A stretch of DNA of 64,000 nt, from the NCBI GenBank assembly GCA_001643675.2, contig LSRY02000029.1, positions 372,001 to 436,000 on the forward strand. The letters are read 5' to 3'. Both the position numbers and the translations under genes were made by a program. The stretch is from Monocercomonoides exilis PA203. Taxonomy: Eukaryota > Protista > Preaxostyla. The notes beneath the pieces were generated by a model. The model was not told where the DNA came from. It worked only from the letters and a program-made list of their open reading frames with translations, and searched no databases. This document shows positions 11,333 to 24,600 of the stretch, piece by piece (the stretch's first letter is position 1; each line of letters begins with the position of its first letter).

Positions 11333-12501
11333 ATGCTTCTTAGCAAGAAAGTTCTGAGTGTGTCTTGGTTACCTTTGAAATAAACATATTTTTTTAAAAA
11401 CATAACTTAATTCATATACGTTCAATTTTTCTTTTAACAGCCATACAACATGAATCCGCTGTTGAAGTTCTTGAACAAACATTAAATTCGAATCGTTCTG
11501 TAAATTGTGTTGTATATTCACTAAACTCAAGCGGATCACCTTTAGGAATGAGCGCTTACATCATGCAAAATATCTGTAAGGCATTTGAAAATTGTAGATT
11601 TGTAACACAGCTAAAAATTAGTCATGTTCCTTTAACATTGCTTGAGATTCAGCAAATGTCATCTCTATTTTGTCCAAAATCCAAACTGAATGCATTGTCG
11701 CTTTCCGATTGCAGGCTTGCTTCAATAATAAAATTCTGACTCATTTGATAATTTTCTTTTTCAGCCTTGATGATGATTCAATTATGGCACTGCTAATATT
11801 AATATTAGAAAACAAATTTAGAAATTTGAGATATTTAGATCTCAGTGGAAATCAACTTGGAATTTATACATCAAATCCTCCAACAGTTCAATATGACTTT
11901 ACTCCTGGATGCAAAGTATTAAGCAGGTTGCTTATTGACAAGAAAACGAAATTGGGAACAATAATTTTGGATAGGAATCCTCTTGGCAACTATGGACTTC
12001 TGTGTTTATGTCAAGTTCTTCCTCATTCCAGTTTGAGAGAACTACGAATTTCTGGGATCAACGCAACAACAAAAGGAATATTCTGTCTTACGCGCATTTT
12101 GAAATTTTGTTCTTCACTTAATGCACTTGATATATCACATAATTACATTGGTCATTCCGCAATGATTTCCCTTTTGAATGTTCTTTCATCTTCACAGATA
12201 AAAAGTTTAAACATAAGCAGTATAAAAATTTATTTTTAATTTTTAAAATTTCATGTCGATTTCTTTCTTTTTTGATACATTACTTTTGGACATCTTCGTT
12301 AATTCTGATCTTTTACGTGGGGAATGATTTGTGGTTCCAATTTTTCCGTAATTCATTCATTTAACCATTAACATAGACACGTTTCTTGACGACTTGTCGC
12401 TAATTGCACTTGGAATTGTAATCAGCAAAACCGACTTTATTGTGTCATTGGACATATCTCGTATGCTGTTAAAATTCAGAAAATTTATCGGATATCTTGA
12501 T

Positions 12502-12534
<33 letters not shown>

Positions 12535-15081
12535 TTAATAATTTAATTTATTTATTTTATTTGTTGTTGATGCTTCTGTTGTTGTGTCAAACTTGCTTGA
12601 CAGAAAACAAAGTCTCCAAAAACTCAGCCGAAGTGTTTTGTGAGTTTCTTTTGACAAATACTTCCATCGAAACACTGATATGCACAGGTTTGTTGCGAAA
12701 TATATAATGATTGACCAAATTGAATGCTTCCTCCTTAATGGGATAACATTTTTAATGGTTCTAAACATTTTGTTGTGAAATTAGAAATAAAAATTTATCC
12801 AAACAAAAATTGAGGAGATTCTTTATCTGAAAAAAATTTTTTGTGTTTTTTTTTTGAAATAGAAAAATATTTTTTGTTCTCAATAATTATCTTGTGAATT
12901 ATCAAACAATTTTTATTTTTCCTCCCTCCTTTTTAATCCTCATTCACGTGTAAATAACAGAAATGGGCGAAGATGCGCTTGAGGTGTTTATCCCACAAGC
13001 GCTGGATGCGAAATACGGAAGAGGAATGAAGTCATCTCGAGAAATCGTGTGTTTGAAGCACGAATCAGTCGGCAAGTTTTCTGCACTGAAGTACAAAGCG
13101 TTTCATGGCTATATCGTTACAGGCTTGCTCTTTCTTGTGGGGCAGCTGCTTTTCTCGCTGATTAGCACAGGAATGGTTTGTTGTATTAAAATTGAATTTT
13201 TTTTCCCCCAATAAACTTTCATATTCTTAATAAACTTTTCATTTTATTTGGAACTTTATGATCTTTGAATGTTAATTTTTAACTTAACTTTCTTATTTTT
13301 GTTCTATTTTTATTTCTTTTTCTTTATCTGTCTTTTTCTATTTCTAAACACAACCCAAATTTCCCAGAGTGTAATGTCATCGATCGAGTACATATATCAC
13401 GGCCAGACAGTTCCCGGCTGGCTGCTTGCTGGATTTGTGATGCTGGGTCTTTTCTGCGCTGCCCTCGACCACTTCGCCATCAGTCGCACAAAGCAGCACA
13501 AGGAGCCCTGGATGTCGCTGCTGTATTTGCTGGTTGTGGGCTATGTGGTTGACACAGTACGCCTCATTATGCGCACAAAGGGGAACTGGGACACCATCGC
13601 AGAGCCTGTTGGGAAGAAAGATGCTGTGCACCAGTCAACATTTGCGTCAATTAAAGTGATCAGGGCGCTGGTTGAGTCGATCCCGACGATTGTTGTGCAA
13701 GGGTACATGCTCCTTATCGCCCAGCAGAACATCTCGTTCATCAACGTGCTGTCATTCATCGCATCGATTTTGTCGCTGACTTTTGTGATCGCTTCTTTTT
13801 TGTCGACAATTAGCACTACACAGTATGCTTTGGCTTCATTATTTCAATCTCAAATGAAAATTCTTCTTCTTCTTCTTCTTTTTAATATATTCCACTTTTC
13901 ATTATTATCATCATCATCATAATTATAATTCCTTTCAAACATTTCTATTATTTTTTTTCCTCATTTACCCTATTTTCCTCAGCGTGTCCCAAACAGAGCC
14001 AATGGAAGAGTCCTTCTTTTGGATGGCTCGGCTGTTTGTGTACTGTCTGATTTCGCTGACACTCAACCTCCTTCGTCTGTGTCTTGCTGCCTCCAACGCA
14101 CCAGTGAATGTTGTTTTGTATCTCGTCATCTCTTTCTCTTTCTGGTTTCTTGTTTTCTCTCTGATGTCCAAAACCACACACACCACTTTTTATATCCAGA
14201 CTCTGCTTCACATTCTGCTTCTGACTCCCTTCGGGATGGGGTTCTATTCAGACAGCATTATGTCATCAGCAAAAGGGCGCTCGTATTTCTGGCTGTTCAT
14301 CCGGCGCATCCCGCGCTTCGTGTTTGTGCTTGTTGACCTGCTCGCTTTTGCCTTCCGCGCATTCACACTCCTTCTGTCGATTGTGGCTCGCTATGAAGTG
14401 TCATTGGGGTTCCTCTTTCTTGTGCTCATTTTGATCTTCCTGGACTTCGTGATGATCCTCTTCCGCATTGTGCTCGAGAAGAACGGCTCTTCCTCTGCAC
14501 CAGAACTCCACTCGGCTGCCAGAAAGTCCAAGAAAAAGCCAAAACGTGGCATCACACTGAACTTGAACACAGGAGAATTAGATGGCGTTCCGCTGCTGCG
14601 TTCTCAGAAATATAAGAAATCGGGGAGCAGCAGCAAGAGAAAAGGAGGTTCTTGTGAAAGTGATTACGAAGGTGATGGTTCAAATAGGGAAGGCAGAGGA
14701 GAAGAAGAAGATAGCAATAATGATGATGAATGGGAAGATGGCTCATCTGAAAGCGATGATGAAGATGATGACGATGAAGACGATGAAGACGATCTATTAG
14801 AAGAAAGCACAAGCTCACCTGGCTTTGATGAGTTTAGCAGTGACACTGAGAGCGACACAGATTCTGAGCCGTTTGATGTGATTGAAGAGCGCCGTAAGAT
14901 GGTAGCGCAAATCCCCATCCCGTCGATCTTGAAGGAGATTACCATCATCAGAAAGAAGAAGCATGTGCAAGAAAAACCAAAACAAAGTTATGATAAAAGT
15001 TACATTGTAGCTGAGCCTCAAGATTCACTTTTGAGTCAGATGGACGAAATGATAAATTCTTCTTCGCAAAAACCAGCTTGA
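11333..15081 (+). CDS. RNI-like leucine-rich-repeat protein fused to an XK-related multi-pass membrane domain with acidic C-tail (multi-exon)
   Basis: LRRs (LRYLDLSGNQLG, IILDRNPLG, LDISHNYIG) splice in frame via exons at 12377, 12604 and 12961 into hydrophobic exons. These contain IKVIRALVESIPTIVVQGYMLL (XK-family ESxP..xxQ motif) and AFRAFTL. The start codon is inferred. Confidence 0.65.
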
Positions 15082-15346
15082 ACATTTTGTTCACACTATT
15101 TTCAGTTTTTAACTGATGTTTAGAAATACTATATTATTAATTTACATTATTTATTGCTTATTTTTTCATAATAAAAATTTGTTTTTATGTGTAGAGTTTA
15201 TTCCGAGAAACTTTCAGGATTAGCTCAATTATTACTTTTCGTGATGTTTCACATAATTTTTTGTTCATGCTTTTTTATTTCATTTCGTATTTTTTTATCA
15301 TTTCAATAAAAGATCTTGCCCGTCATTAGTTGTTTTTCGCATTCAA

Positions 15347-16500
15347 ATGGCTTCTCAATCACTTCCAGCAAAATATAATCTTGATCCAGATACTCTTTCT
15401 GTGATATACGATTGGGTTGACCAAGTGGAGCTGTCAAGAGTAAAAAAGAATATTGCTCGTGATTTTAGTGATTGCTGTATGAAGAAATGAGTATTTTTAA
15501 AAATTTTATTTGGTTCATCACATTTTTGTATCTTTTAATAAAAAATTAAAATCACTATAGTGATGATGGCAGAAGTAATTGCTCATTTTTATCCAAAATA
15601 CGTTGAGCTGCACAATTATCCCGCTGCAAATTCAACATCGAAAAAAATCGACAACTGGAAAACTCTGAATAGTTTGCAAAAATCTATTTTTTTGTTATGA
15701 TAGCATTTGTATTTTAATAAATGATTATTATTTATTCAGCGAAAGTTCTCAAAAAACACTTCGGTTTTACATTTTCAATGGAAGATATTGAAAACATCGC
15801 TTTATGTAAGGTTGGTGCGATCGAGTGGGCCCTTTCAGAATTAAAACAGAAAGTATTAATAACTTCTATGATTGTTTAATTAAATTTAATTTTTATGTTC
15901 GTTTATTTCAACTTAGATTGATCAACATCGAGACTCTCGCAGTTTGTATCTTTTATTTGACGATTTTCTATGAAAATGTCTTTTCTTAATTTAGCTAGCG
16001 GATCACCTCAAACAAGTCACAAAGCGTCCAGAAGTGATGCTGCAGATGGTTCCGCTGACCAATCAGATCAATATGAAGAAAACAAAGAATACATTTCACC
16101 AAAACAAGCTTTTGCTGCTCCAGTCAAAGAAGAAGGTTTATTAATTTCATTGAATGTTGTTTAAAAACACTCTTTTTTTGCATATAAATTATTTTTAAAA
16201 TTGAATTATCTGTCTTTCTTTCTTTCTTTTTGGACTGTTAATCTAATTATTAAACATTTTAGTGAGAGATCATCTTCAACCGGCCACCTCACAACAAAAA
16301 GCTGCTCCAGCCGTAAGCGAGGAATACCTCAAAATGGCAGAGCATATGCTTGCAGAAAAAGATCAAATAATTCAAGGATTGAAGGAAACCATAGAGGTCT
16401 GAATAGTTTTTTTTTCTTTTTTATTTAATTTTTTTTAAATATTTTTATTCTGTTTTAAACAATCAAAAATCGTTTTGTTTTATTATTAATAACATTTGAC

Positions 16501-16565
<65 letters not shown>

Positions 16566-16670
16566 AAGATTCTTGAAACAAAGACTCGGAGGCTTGAACA
16601 AAGTATACGATTGAAGGATGTGCGCATTCAGCAACTCACATTGAAACTCCAACAAGCTGGTCTTTCTTGA
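15347..16670 (+). CDS. SPEF1: Sperm flagellar protein 1 / CLAMP (CH domain + coiled coil), 7 exons
   Basis: IYDWVDQVELSRVKKNIARDFSDC, YVELHNYPAANSTSKKIDNWKTLN and C-terminal EKDQIIQGLKETIEILETKTRRLEQSIRLKDVRIQQL are SPEF1 signatures. Splice phases are consistent. Confidence 0.93.
16502..16562. repeat. Poly(T) tract forming the polypyrimidine end of the last SPEF1 intron
   Basis: About 60 consecutive T followed by ATGAAG acceptor. Confidence 0.9.
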
Positions 16671-17042
16671 GGCAAAATAAGTTTTTTCATATATTTATGT
16701 TTTTGAGTTATTCTCAAATTATTCATCTCAAATTTGTATTTTGTATTCAAATCAACTTTACAAAAATGCTTTTTCAGTTTCTGCGAATTTATTTATTTAT
16801 TATGTTGTAATGAATCAAAATGTAACTTTTCTATTTCAAAAAAACATGCAAAATTGCATCAATCATTAGAAAAACAAATGATGAAGCAAAAGGAAATCAT
16901 GAAAAGAAAAATTTGCCCTTCATTAGCTTTGTAATAAACATTATGAATTTAATGCTTAATTTTTGCAAAAATTCATATGTGTTAGAAAGGGTATTCTATA
17001 AAACCAAATAAATGACAGTGAATATAAACTAAAATAACTAAC

Positions 17043-17712
17043 TCATTTTCCTTTTCTAACGTAATATGATATTACTTCGCTTTCCAATGGTGGTAGTTCC
17101 CTCAGTTTCAGCATTTCATTTATTTTATCAAAAATTGAATCTTTCAACTTCTCATTCGGAGAATCCTTTTTTGTCCATATCTCAATCAAATCCTTTGTTT
17201 TATTAAATCCAATTCCACAAATAAATTCGGTAAAAGGAAGTTGATTTCCAATTGTCAGAAGCAATAAATCAAAAAATATAATTTCGCTATTGATTGAATA
17301 TGTCTTTTTTGAACTTTTGAGATCAACCTGTCCACCTCCTTCATTCATAGGATCTTCCCATGCGGGTTTGATTCCATCTTTAAAAAAATAATACGTTGTT
17401 CTTGCTGGGAGCATTGAAGGTTTTGGAATGTTGTGACACATTCTAACATAAATATCAAATCATCCCACAAATACAGTAATAAAAACAATCAACATGACGT
17501 TTAAAAAAATATTATTATGAAAACAATTTTTTAATTGCAGCACACGTCCAATATTGTTCAACAGTTCCAACTGTGCAAATCTCTGTGTAAAGTGCACTCC
17601 ATTCATCCTTTGTTGTGGTTGAAGACGAGCCTTTAAACTGTGATGCAGGCTTCTTAAAATACAACGTCCATTTGTATTCAAGGGGATGGGATTCTTCACA
17701 GACAGAAGTCAT
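17043..17712 (-). CDS. eIF4E: Divergent eIF4E family cap-binding protein (one intron)
   Basis: Motifs HPLEYKWTLY, GTVEQYW, YYFFKDGIKPAWEDPMNEGGG, LLLLTIGNQL, ICG and IEIW. Confidence 0.9.
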
Positions 17713-17840
17713 TTTCCTATGGGATGGATCTATATTGATCGATTTCCATAATGATGCAATTTTTCAAAAGAAATGACATGACATTTTCGACGAGCTTTTG
17801 AAAATAACCATAACAACATTAATATTTAAATATAATTATC

Positions 17841-18366
17841 ATGCTGCAAGTGTTTTTATTTGCCTTTTCATCTTATGTATTTTGCAATGAACAAGAAGAC
17901 CATGAAATTCATTGCTTTGATGTTCGACAAGAAGCCACTCAAATTGTTCAACAATGTTCAGTGGAGTGTAATGTTTGTTTTAGCACTGATGCATTGTTTT
18001 TGTCTATTTTTTAATCCAAAAAATTCAGGCTGGTTTAGGTTTATGTTTTAATGGAACTTATTCAAAATGCAAGCCGCAATGTTCTGATGAGAGCGATAAA
18101 AATCAGCATGTGTGCATCATTAACCTAAAAATTGTGTACTGTTTTCATTTTGAAATTTCCAGGAAGATTGCATGAAGAGTTGCATCAGCGTGAAATCTTT
18201 TGATTGCTTGAATGATCAGCTTCAATGTATGGATACATGTAATTTTCAAATGAAGAAAAGAATGAAAATGGAAGGTTGTGAACCATATCAAGGCTATTTC
18301 CCCGAACAACCAGAGCAGAGTGTTATGTTCGATATAGATTGGAACAAGGGAGTGACAAACATTTAA
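17841..18366 (+). CDS. Small secreted cysteine-rich protein (3 exons)
   Basis: Signal-peptide-like MLQVFLFAFSSYVFC. In-phase GT-AG splicing gives repeated CxxxC motifs (CSVEC, CKPQC, CMKSC, CMDTC). Confidence 0.65.
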
Positions 18367-18606
18367 CATTTTCATTTCAAAAAATATATTGTACATTATT
18401 ATTGCGTTGAAATTTATTTAAATATTTCTTTGAAAAATAAAGCAATAATGCAATATATGACTCTAAAAGGGATAATGATGGAAAAAAAAAAATAAAAAGT
18501 TTTGAATTGAAAATACACAACAAAAACACAATTAGAAAATAAAATTAGTTTATTAGAAATGCAAATACAATCAAAAAAATTTCTGCAATGCAAACAACAT
18601 TTCAGA

Positions 18607-21600
18607 TTACTCTCTATTAGATTTTTGAGCAGCCTCAACAATCAATGTGTACAAAGTCCGTTTGTGCGAGGATTTCTTTTTGCGGTGTGTGTCTTCAGGA
18701 GGAGAGCAGCCGTACAGCGAATTGACAGTGCGCTCATCGACAAACAGGGAGTGGACAGAAGCGCAGAGGGTGCAGAGGATTTGAGGGGTGGTGATGCCGA
18801 AGATGAGGAGAGGGATAGGCTGCTTGGCAGAGCAGTTTGGATTCTTCGAGCAGATCGCCCGTTGGCAAACCCGACAGATGCGCCGCTTGTTGAACAGCCC
18901 AAAGCGCTCTTTGCAGAAGGAACAGCAGTTGACGGAAGAAGGAGGAGGCACCAGAGGAGGAAGCACAGGGCATTTGGGAGTGTATTGCAGGGCAATTTCT
19001 GGGAGGAAGATAGAAAATGAATGCGATGCGTTTGTAATAAAAGGAAAAAAAAATGAGAAAAAAATGATAAAATGAAGAAAACAATATTCAAAAGAAAAAT
19101 TGTACCAAAAGATTACAATTTTGTATTGAAAAAGAAAGAAAGAAAGAAAGAAACACTCTCAATCTCTCTCCTTAAACGCGCATTTCATTCTTCATTCACA
19201 AACCAGCCATATTCTTCCTGTCAGAAATATTCCAAAGCAGATCGAACGGAGTCTTGTTGTCCTTCGACGGGATGAGCGGGTGTGCCCCATACGACAGCAG
19301 CAGCTCCACAATGCCCATCCGCACCTTCACCTGCCCTTCCCCTCCTTCTCCGCCCGCACTCCCCACACTCAAATGCTTGCTCCCTTTCTCATCATACAGC
19401 AAACGCGACTGATTTTGCTCACCTTCGTCTCTCAAATCACTCATTCGAGCAGAACTCAAGCCAAATTTTCTGGACTCACCATCACCTGCCTCGACTTCAT
19501 CGTCGTATCCTGCCCCTGCTCTGTTGTAAATATCAGCCCCTTCTTGTGCCTCCTCATCAATGCTTCCTCCTTCACCACTGGCTTCTTCGTACTCTTCATC
19601 TTCCTCTTCGTATTCTTCGTATTCTTCATACTCCTCCCCTTCTTCTTCTCCGTTCTCTTCTCCTTCTTCCTCATCCTCATCATCTGCCGCATACATCACC
19701 ACCCTCCCTTCATCTCCTCCTCCTCCTCCTCCATCTCTCCCTCCCCCAGCACTCCCCTTCTGCTCCTCCACCTCCAAGTTCCCCTCATCCTCCTTCGCTG
19801 TGAAATACACATTTGATTGAGCTGGGCATCCGTGTGTCGCACACGCACAGTGCAGCGGAGTCCATCCAGCCACATCGATCGCATTCGGATCTGACTGATG
19901 GTGCAAAAGCAGAGAAACCAGCCGGAAAATCGGAGTGGGTGTCACTGTGGACGGCACAGACGAGGTGACGCTGGCTGACGTGGAGGCATCTGCAAACACA
20001 ATCGGTGCAGAGGGAGAGCCGTCTGTCAGAAACCGCTGCCGGCTGCGGTGTTTGCCTTCTCCATATTGCCCATCGTATTTGTCGTCATCTATGCTCCTTC
20101 TCCCAAACTTTCCTTGTCTTCTTCCAATGTTCTTGCTTCTTCTCCCTCTCCTTCCTCCTCTCCCCTTCAGCATCTGCTCCTCACCTTGTCTATTCCGCAG
20201 CGCCTTCTTCTTCGGCGAATGAGCTGTCTGCCTTCTTCCTTCACTCAGTGTGCAAGACACCGCCAAATGGAGTGGGATCTGCCCCAGCTGGTTTCTGTAG
20301 TGCAGCGCAGTGAATGTGTTGCTGCCGAGGCTGTTGAACAGCCGCTCCACAATCTTGAACGAACCAGACCGACAAGCTTCATGCAAGACTGTGTTCCCCT
20401 GCTTGTCTGATATGTTGATGCGTGCACCAGCCCCAATCAGGAAGAAGGCCACGTCTGTTGCACAGAAGCGGCAGGCGAGCAGAAGAGGAGTAGCTCCTGT
20501 TGCGTCTTCGTTGTCGATGGGAGCACCTGCACTGAACAGCTGTCCGAGAAATGCCTGGGTGATTGGTGATGTCTTCCTTCGTGTGCCTGATGATGACGAT
20601 GATGAGCCTCCAGATAATCCATCTCTTGTTGCAGCACCAGCACCCGCAGAAGCAATAGAAGAGGAAGAGGCAGAGGGAACAATAGACGCAGAAGAAGAGG
20701 AAGGAGTCATCGAATATCCCTCACTGCTCCCATCTCCTTTATCTGCCAGCTTCTCACCAGATTCACCTCCTCCTCCTTCTCCTCCTTCTCCCACTTCCCC
20801 GTCTTCTCCATCATGTGCCGTGTGCATCGCACACAGATGAAACAGCGTCAGACCTTTCGCATTGGCCGTATCGACTGCTGCTGAACACACCAGCAGCTGG
20901 TTGAAGCACAAGATATATCGCAGCCTAAGCGCCAGGAAGAGCGGTGTTTCTCCGGCTGCATTAGGCACATCGCAGCACGAGGCAACCAGCTCATCGACGG
21001 TCTGTGTGAGCTCTTTGAACTCATTCCCTGCAAACGCATGCTCCTCGTCTGCTCCAGACCCTCCCTCCAGCTCTCCTGCTTTGCCGTTCTTCTTCAGCTC
21101 TGCCCCAATGATGAAGTTGCTGATCTCTTCCAGCACATTCACAAGGCCATCGATGCTTCCTCTGTGAACAATGTAGTGGAGGATGTTCTGTTTGTGCAGA
21201 CCGCCTTGTGCTGATAAAAGTGTGGAGAATGACAGGGCTTCTGTGACAATACACGTCTCCGCCACAAAAGTGACACGGGGCTCTTCATTCACATCTGGCT
21301 GTGTGTTTGAAGAGGAGCCAGATGAATGAGAAGAATTAGAAGAAGAAGAGGAAGAAGAAGAAGCACCAAAAGCGCTGCCGTCTTCTGTGACCATCTTCAT
21401 TCGTTTCACTCTGGCGGGGACGAGAATATCCTGATTAGCCATGTGCTTCATGAGATCGCACACAACATCCACATGTCCCTGGGAAGATGCCAAATGCAGC
21501 GGGAGAAAACCAGCCAGCCCTTTTTCATTGGCTCCGATTGAAAAAGAAGGAGAAGAGGAAGAAGAAGAGGAAGAAGATACAGCTGCCAATGAAGAAGTGG

Positions 21601-24600
21601 AAGAGGAAGAGTTGACAGAATGTCCTACTCCTTTCTCGCTGTATGCGCCATAGCCATGCATCCGCTCTGCCCGCCGCTCGTCGTCTTCGAAGGGACTGCG
21701 GCCTTCTGATGCAATCTGATAGAGAAGAAGAAGGAGAAGAAGAGGAAGAAGAATTGAAAAAAAAATTTAAAATGAGTAAATAAATCGAATAAAAATAGAA
21801 ATAATTGTTTGTTTTATTCATAAATAAAGATAAAATTAAGCAAAAAAAATAAAAAGAAGAAGAAAAATACCTCAAATGAAAACGGGACGTGTGGAAAAGC
21901 TCCGCATTCAATCAAAGAGAGGCAGAAATAGGAATAGCCGAGGAAAGAGGCGATGTGAAATGGAAGCGGATGGAGTTCATTGAGAATGCGAGAAAGCGAA
22001 GGAACAGCAGAAAATGTGGATGAAGTGAAGAGGGGTGAAGGAGAAAGAGAAGAAGAAGAAGAGGAGGAGGAGGAGGAAGAAGAGGAAGTAGTTGGTGTTG
22101 TTATATCACTTGTCTGTGTAACATTAGAAGTTTGTTCAATATCACCTCCATCAACAACTGCAAATCCATTCAATTCATTTTCTTTCTCTTTCTCTTCTTC
22201 ACCAAGTCCTTTGTTCTCCTCCTTCTCCCCTTCTTTCATTTCTTCTTCTTCTTCCTCTTCTTCTTCTCTTTGCCTTCCAATCACTGCCTCTACCACTGTC
22301 TTCAAGCCTTCATCATCACTGCACAGAGCCAAAAGATGAATGACTGACAATTCCACACAAAAGAGAGGGGGAAGTGGAGGAAGCCGAAGCTGCGGCTGGT
22401 CAAAGGGAGAAAGAGAGGCAGAGGAGGAAGAGAGTGAAGAAGAAGAAGAAGAGGAGGAGGAAGGAGAAAGAGAAGAAGAAGAAGATGATGATGATGAGGA
22501 GGAGGAGGAGGAAGACGAAGAAGAAAGCGAACCAGAAGAAGCGTTCAGATTGAGCGACGGGTTAAGCGATGTGGCAGTGGAAGTGATGAAGTGGTCAAAA
22601 AGCGAAGGGAGAAACGGGATTTCACTCAGAAGCGGATGGACAGAATAGAAATTCCCCTCAAATGCTTCTGCATTCACTGGCCAGATGTCCTTTGGAGGCA
22701 GGTTTTTGAACGGTTTTGTGCCGTCTGCGGATTCGAAGTCGAGTTTTGCTCTCTCATCTGCTTTGTCATCTGTAGTTCGGTGGTCTTTTGAGGGTGAAGA
22801 AGAAGAAGATGATGATGATGAAGCAGAAAAACCCGATCCTCTTTTCCCTTCTTCCTTTCTTCCCCTGATGATGCTTGGATGAATTTTCATGAACTGCGGA
22901 ATCAGCCACAAAAGCGGAGAAGGAACAGCCCACTCGCTCAGCTGCGACGTCCTCAGCGGATGATTGTGCAGGTTGTATGCTTCTCCTCCGGCCTTGTCGA
23001 ATTTCTCCGATTTCTCCGAGATTTCTTTGGAATCGCTTCTCGAGTCTGCTTTTGGCTGGTGCTTGAACTTGTGCAATGGATGCTCTTTTCCTTCAGTTGC
23101 TGTCTGATTATTTTGACATTCGTTTTTCCCTGATTCACCATCACTTGAAGCATCTCCTTTATCTCCGCTTCTAACAGAACCCATTTTATTCTCATTTTTC
23201 TCCTTCCTCTTCTCATCTCCTTCATCCACAAAGAACGCATCATACGTCATGTCGCAGTTAGTCTCGTCAATTCCCCTCAAAATCTGCTCGCCATCCGTCT
23301 GCAGCGCTCTTATCCAGTCCAAATACGTGCCATCAGAGTTCCCTTCGAATAAAGGATTGAAGTGGAAACCCCGAATCGTTGCTTTGAGGGAGGTGCTGCC
23401 GCTGATGTTGCTTCCTGAAGCAGAAACAGATGAAGAAGAGGAAGAAGAGGAAGATGAAATTACAAATGGAAGAGGAGAAGTGAGTCGAAGAGAGGCACCG
23501 CATCGGATGATGTCAGCAGCCACGTCAAATTGCCTGGTGAGGAGAGCGAGTGTCAATGGAGAAGGAATAGGAGCAATAGAAGAAGAAGAAGAAGAAGAAC
23601 CAGAAATAGAAGAAGAATTTGCTGTTAAGCCATTTTCTGCCTGTATTCTCAGCACCCCCACTGAAACGGAGCCATCTGGTCTTATTTCTCTGCCTATGCC
23701 ATCGGGGTCTGCCCCACTGCTCAGCAAGAGACGAGACACGTCTGCTGCTTTGAAGGACACACTCAGATGGAGAGGACTGCAGCCGTCGGCGTCGCGCTGA
23801 CTGAGACGGCTGCCGTGCTGGAGGAGGAAAGAGGCAGCGTCGGCAGAAGATTCAAAGAGATTGGAAGAGGAAGAAGAGGAAGAAGAAGAAGAAGATGTTA
23901 ATGAAGAAGAAGATGATGATGAAATAGAAGAACGGGAAGACAATGATGTGCTGAGTGAGGCAGCTGTCTGAAGGCCGAGCGATGCAAAGTCCAGAGGCTC
24001 CTCGTCCGCCATGCCTGGTCTGTTGAAGGAAAGTCCACAAAATGGAGCAAACATAACAGAAATAATACGTTCAAAAAGAATGTCAAAAATCAATTGAATA
24101 AAAAAATAAATAAATAAATTAATAAAGTTTCATAAATACAATTAAAAAAATAAAAAGAAGAAGAAGAAGAATTTCTTAAGTGAGATGATCTTTGACGGCT
24201 AAGTCGTTGCATACTCAGCTGCACGGAGAGCTTCTGCACTGGGCGCTGTTGGTATAAGAGAAGACAGGCTGTCCAAACCAACACAGACATAATGCAAAGG
24301 CAGCCTATTTGAAATAAAAAATTTGCACAAAATGAGCAATTTTAATGTAGTTAGAGAAAAACATTCCGTATCGTTTAAAAAAAAAGAAGAAATGAACTTT
24401 TTTATTGTTCAAATAAAACAAATAAACCTTCCTTGGTTGTCTGGAATGTTGACCAATTTTTGGTTCAATGAGATGATAAGGTTGCACATTTCTTTTCTTT
24501 TATGTGCTGGACCTGCAAGAGCATGATGAAGGCATGTCCAACCTCTCCTTCCATCTTTTCGTGTGATATCTGCCTTTAATCTCACCAAACACTTCAGTTC

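Noticed and set aside
16455-16655. Poly-Lys ORF or retroposon poly(A) tail
   Set aside because: It is the antisense reading of an intronic poly(T) tract with no element body or TSD, and the length may be inflated by sequencing.
1-16670. Functional cluster of microtubule/flagellar genes (HAUS6, IFT20, SPEF1)
   Set aside because: They are interspersed with unrelated genes on both strands, so chance is sufficient in a flagellate genome.
19280-23800. Long antisense ORFs over the ankyrin gene (and similarly over TBL1 and the MoxR-like gene)
   Set aside because: They are shadows of low-complexity Ser/Glu codon runs with no domain signal.
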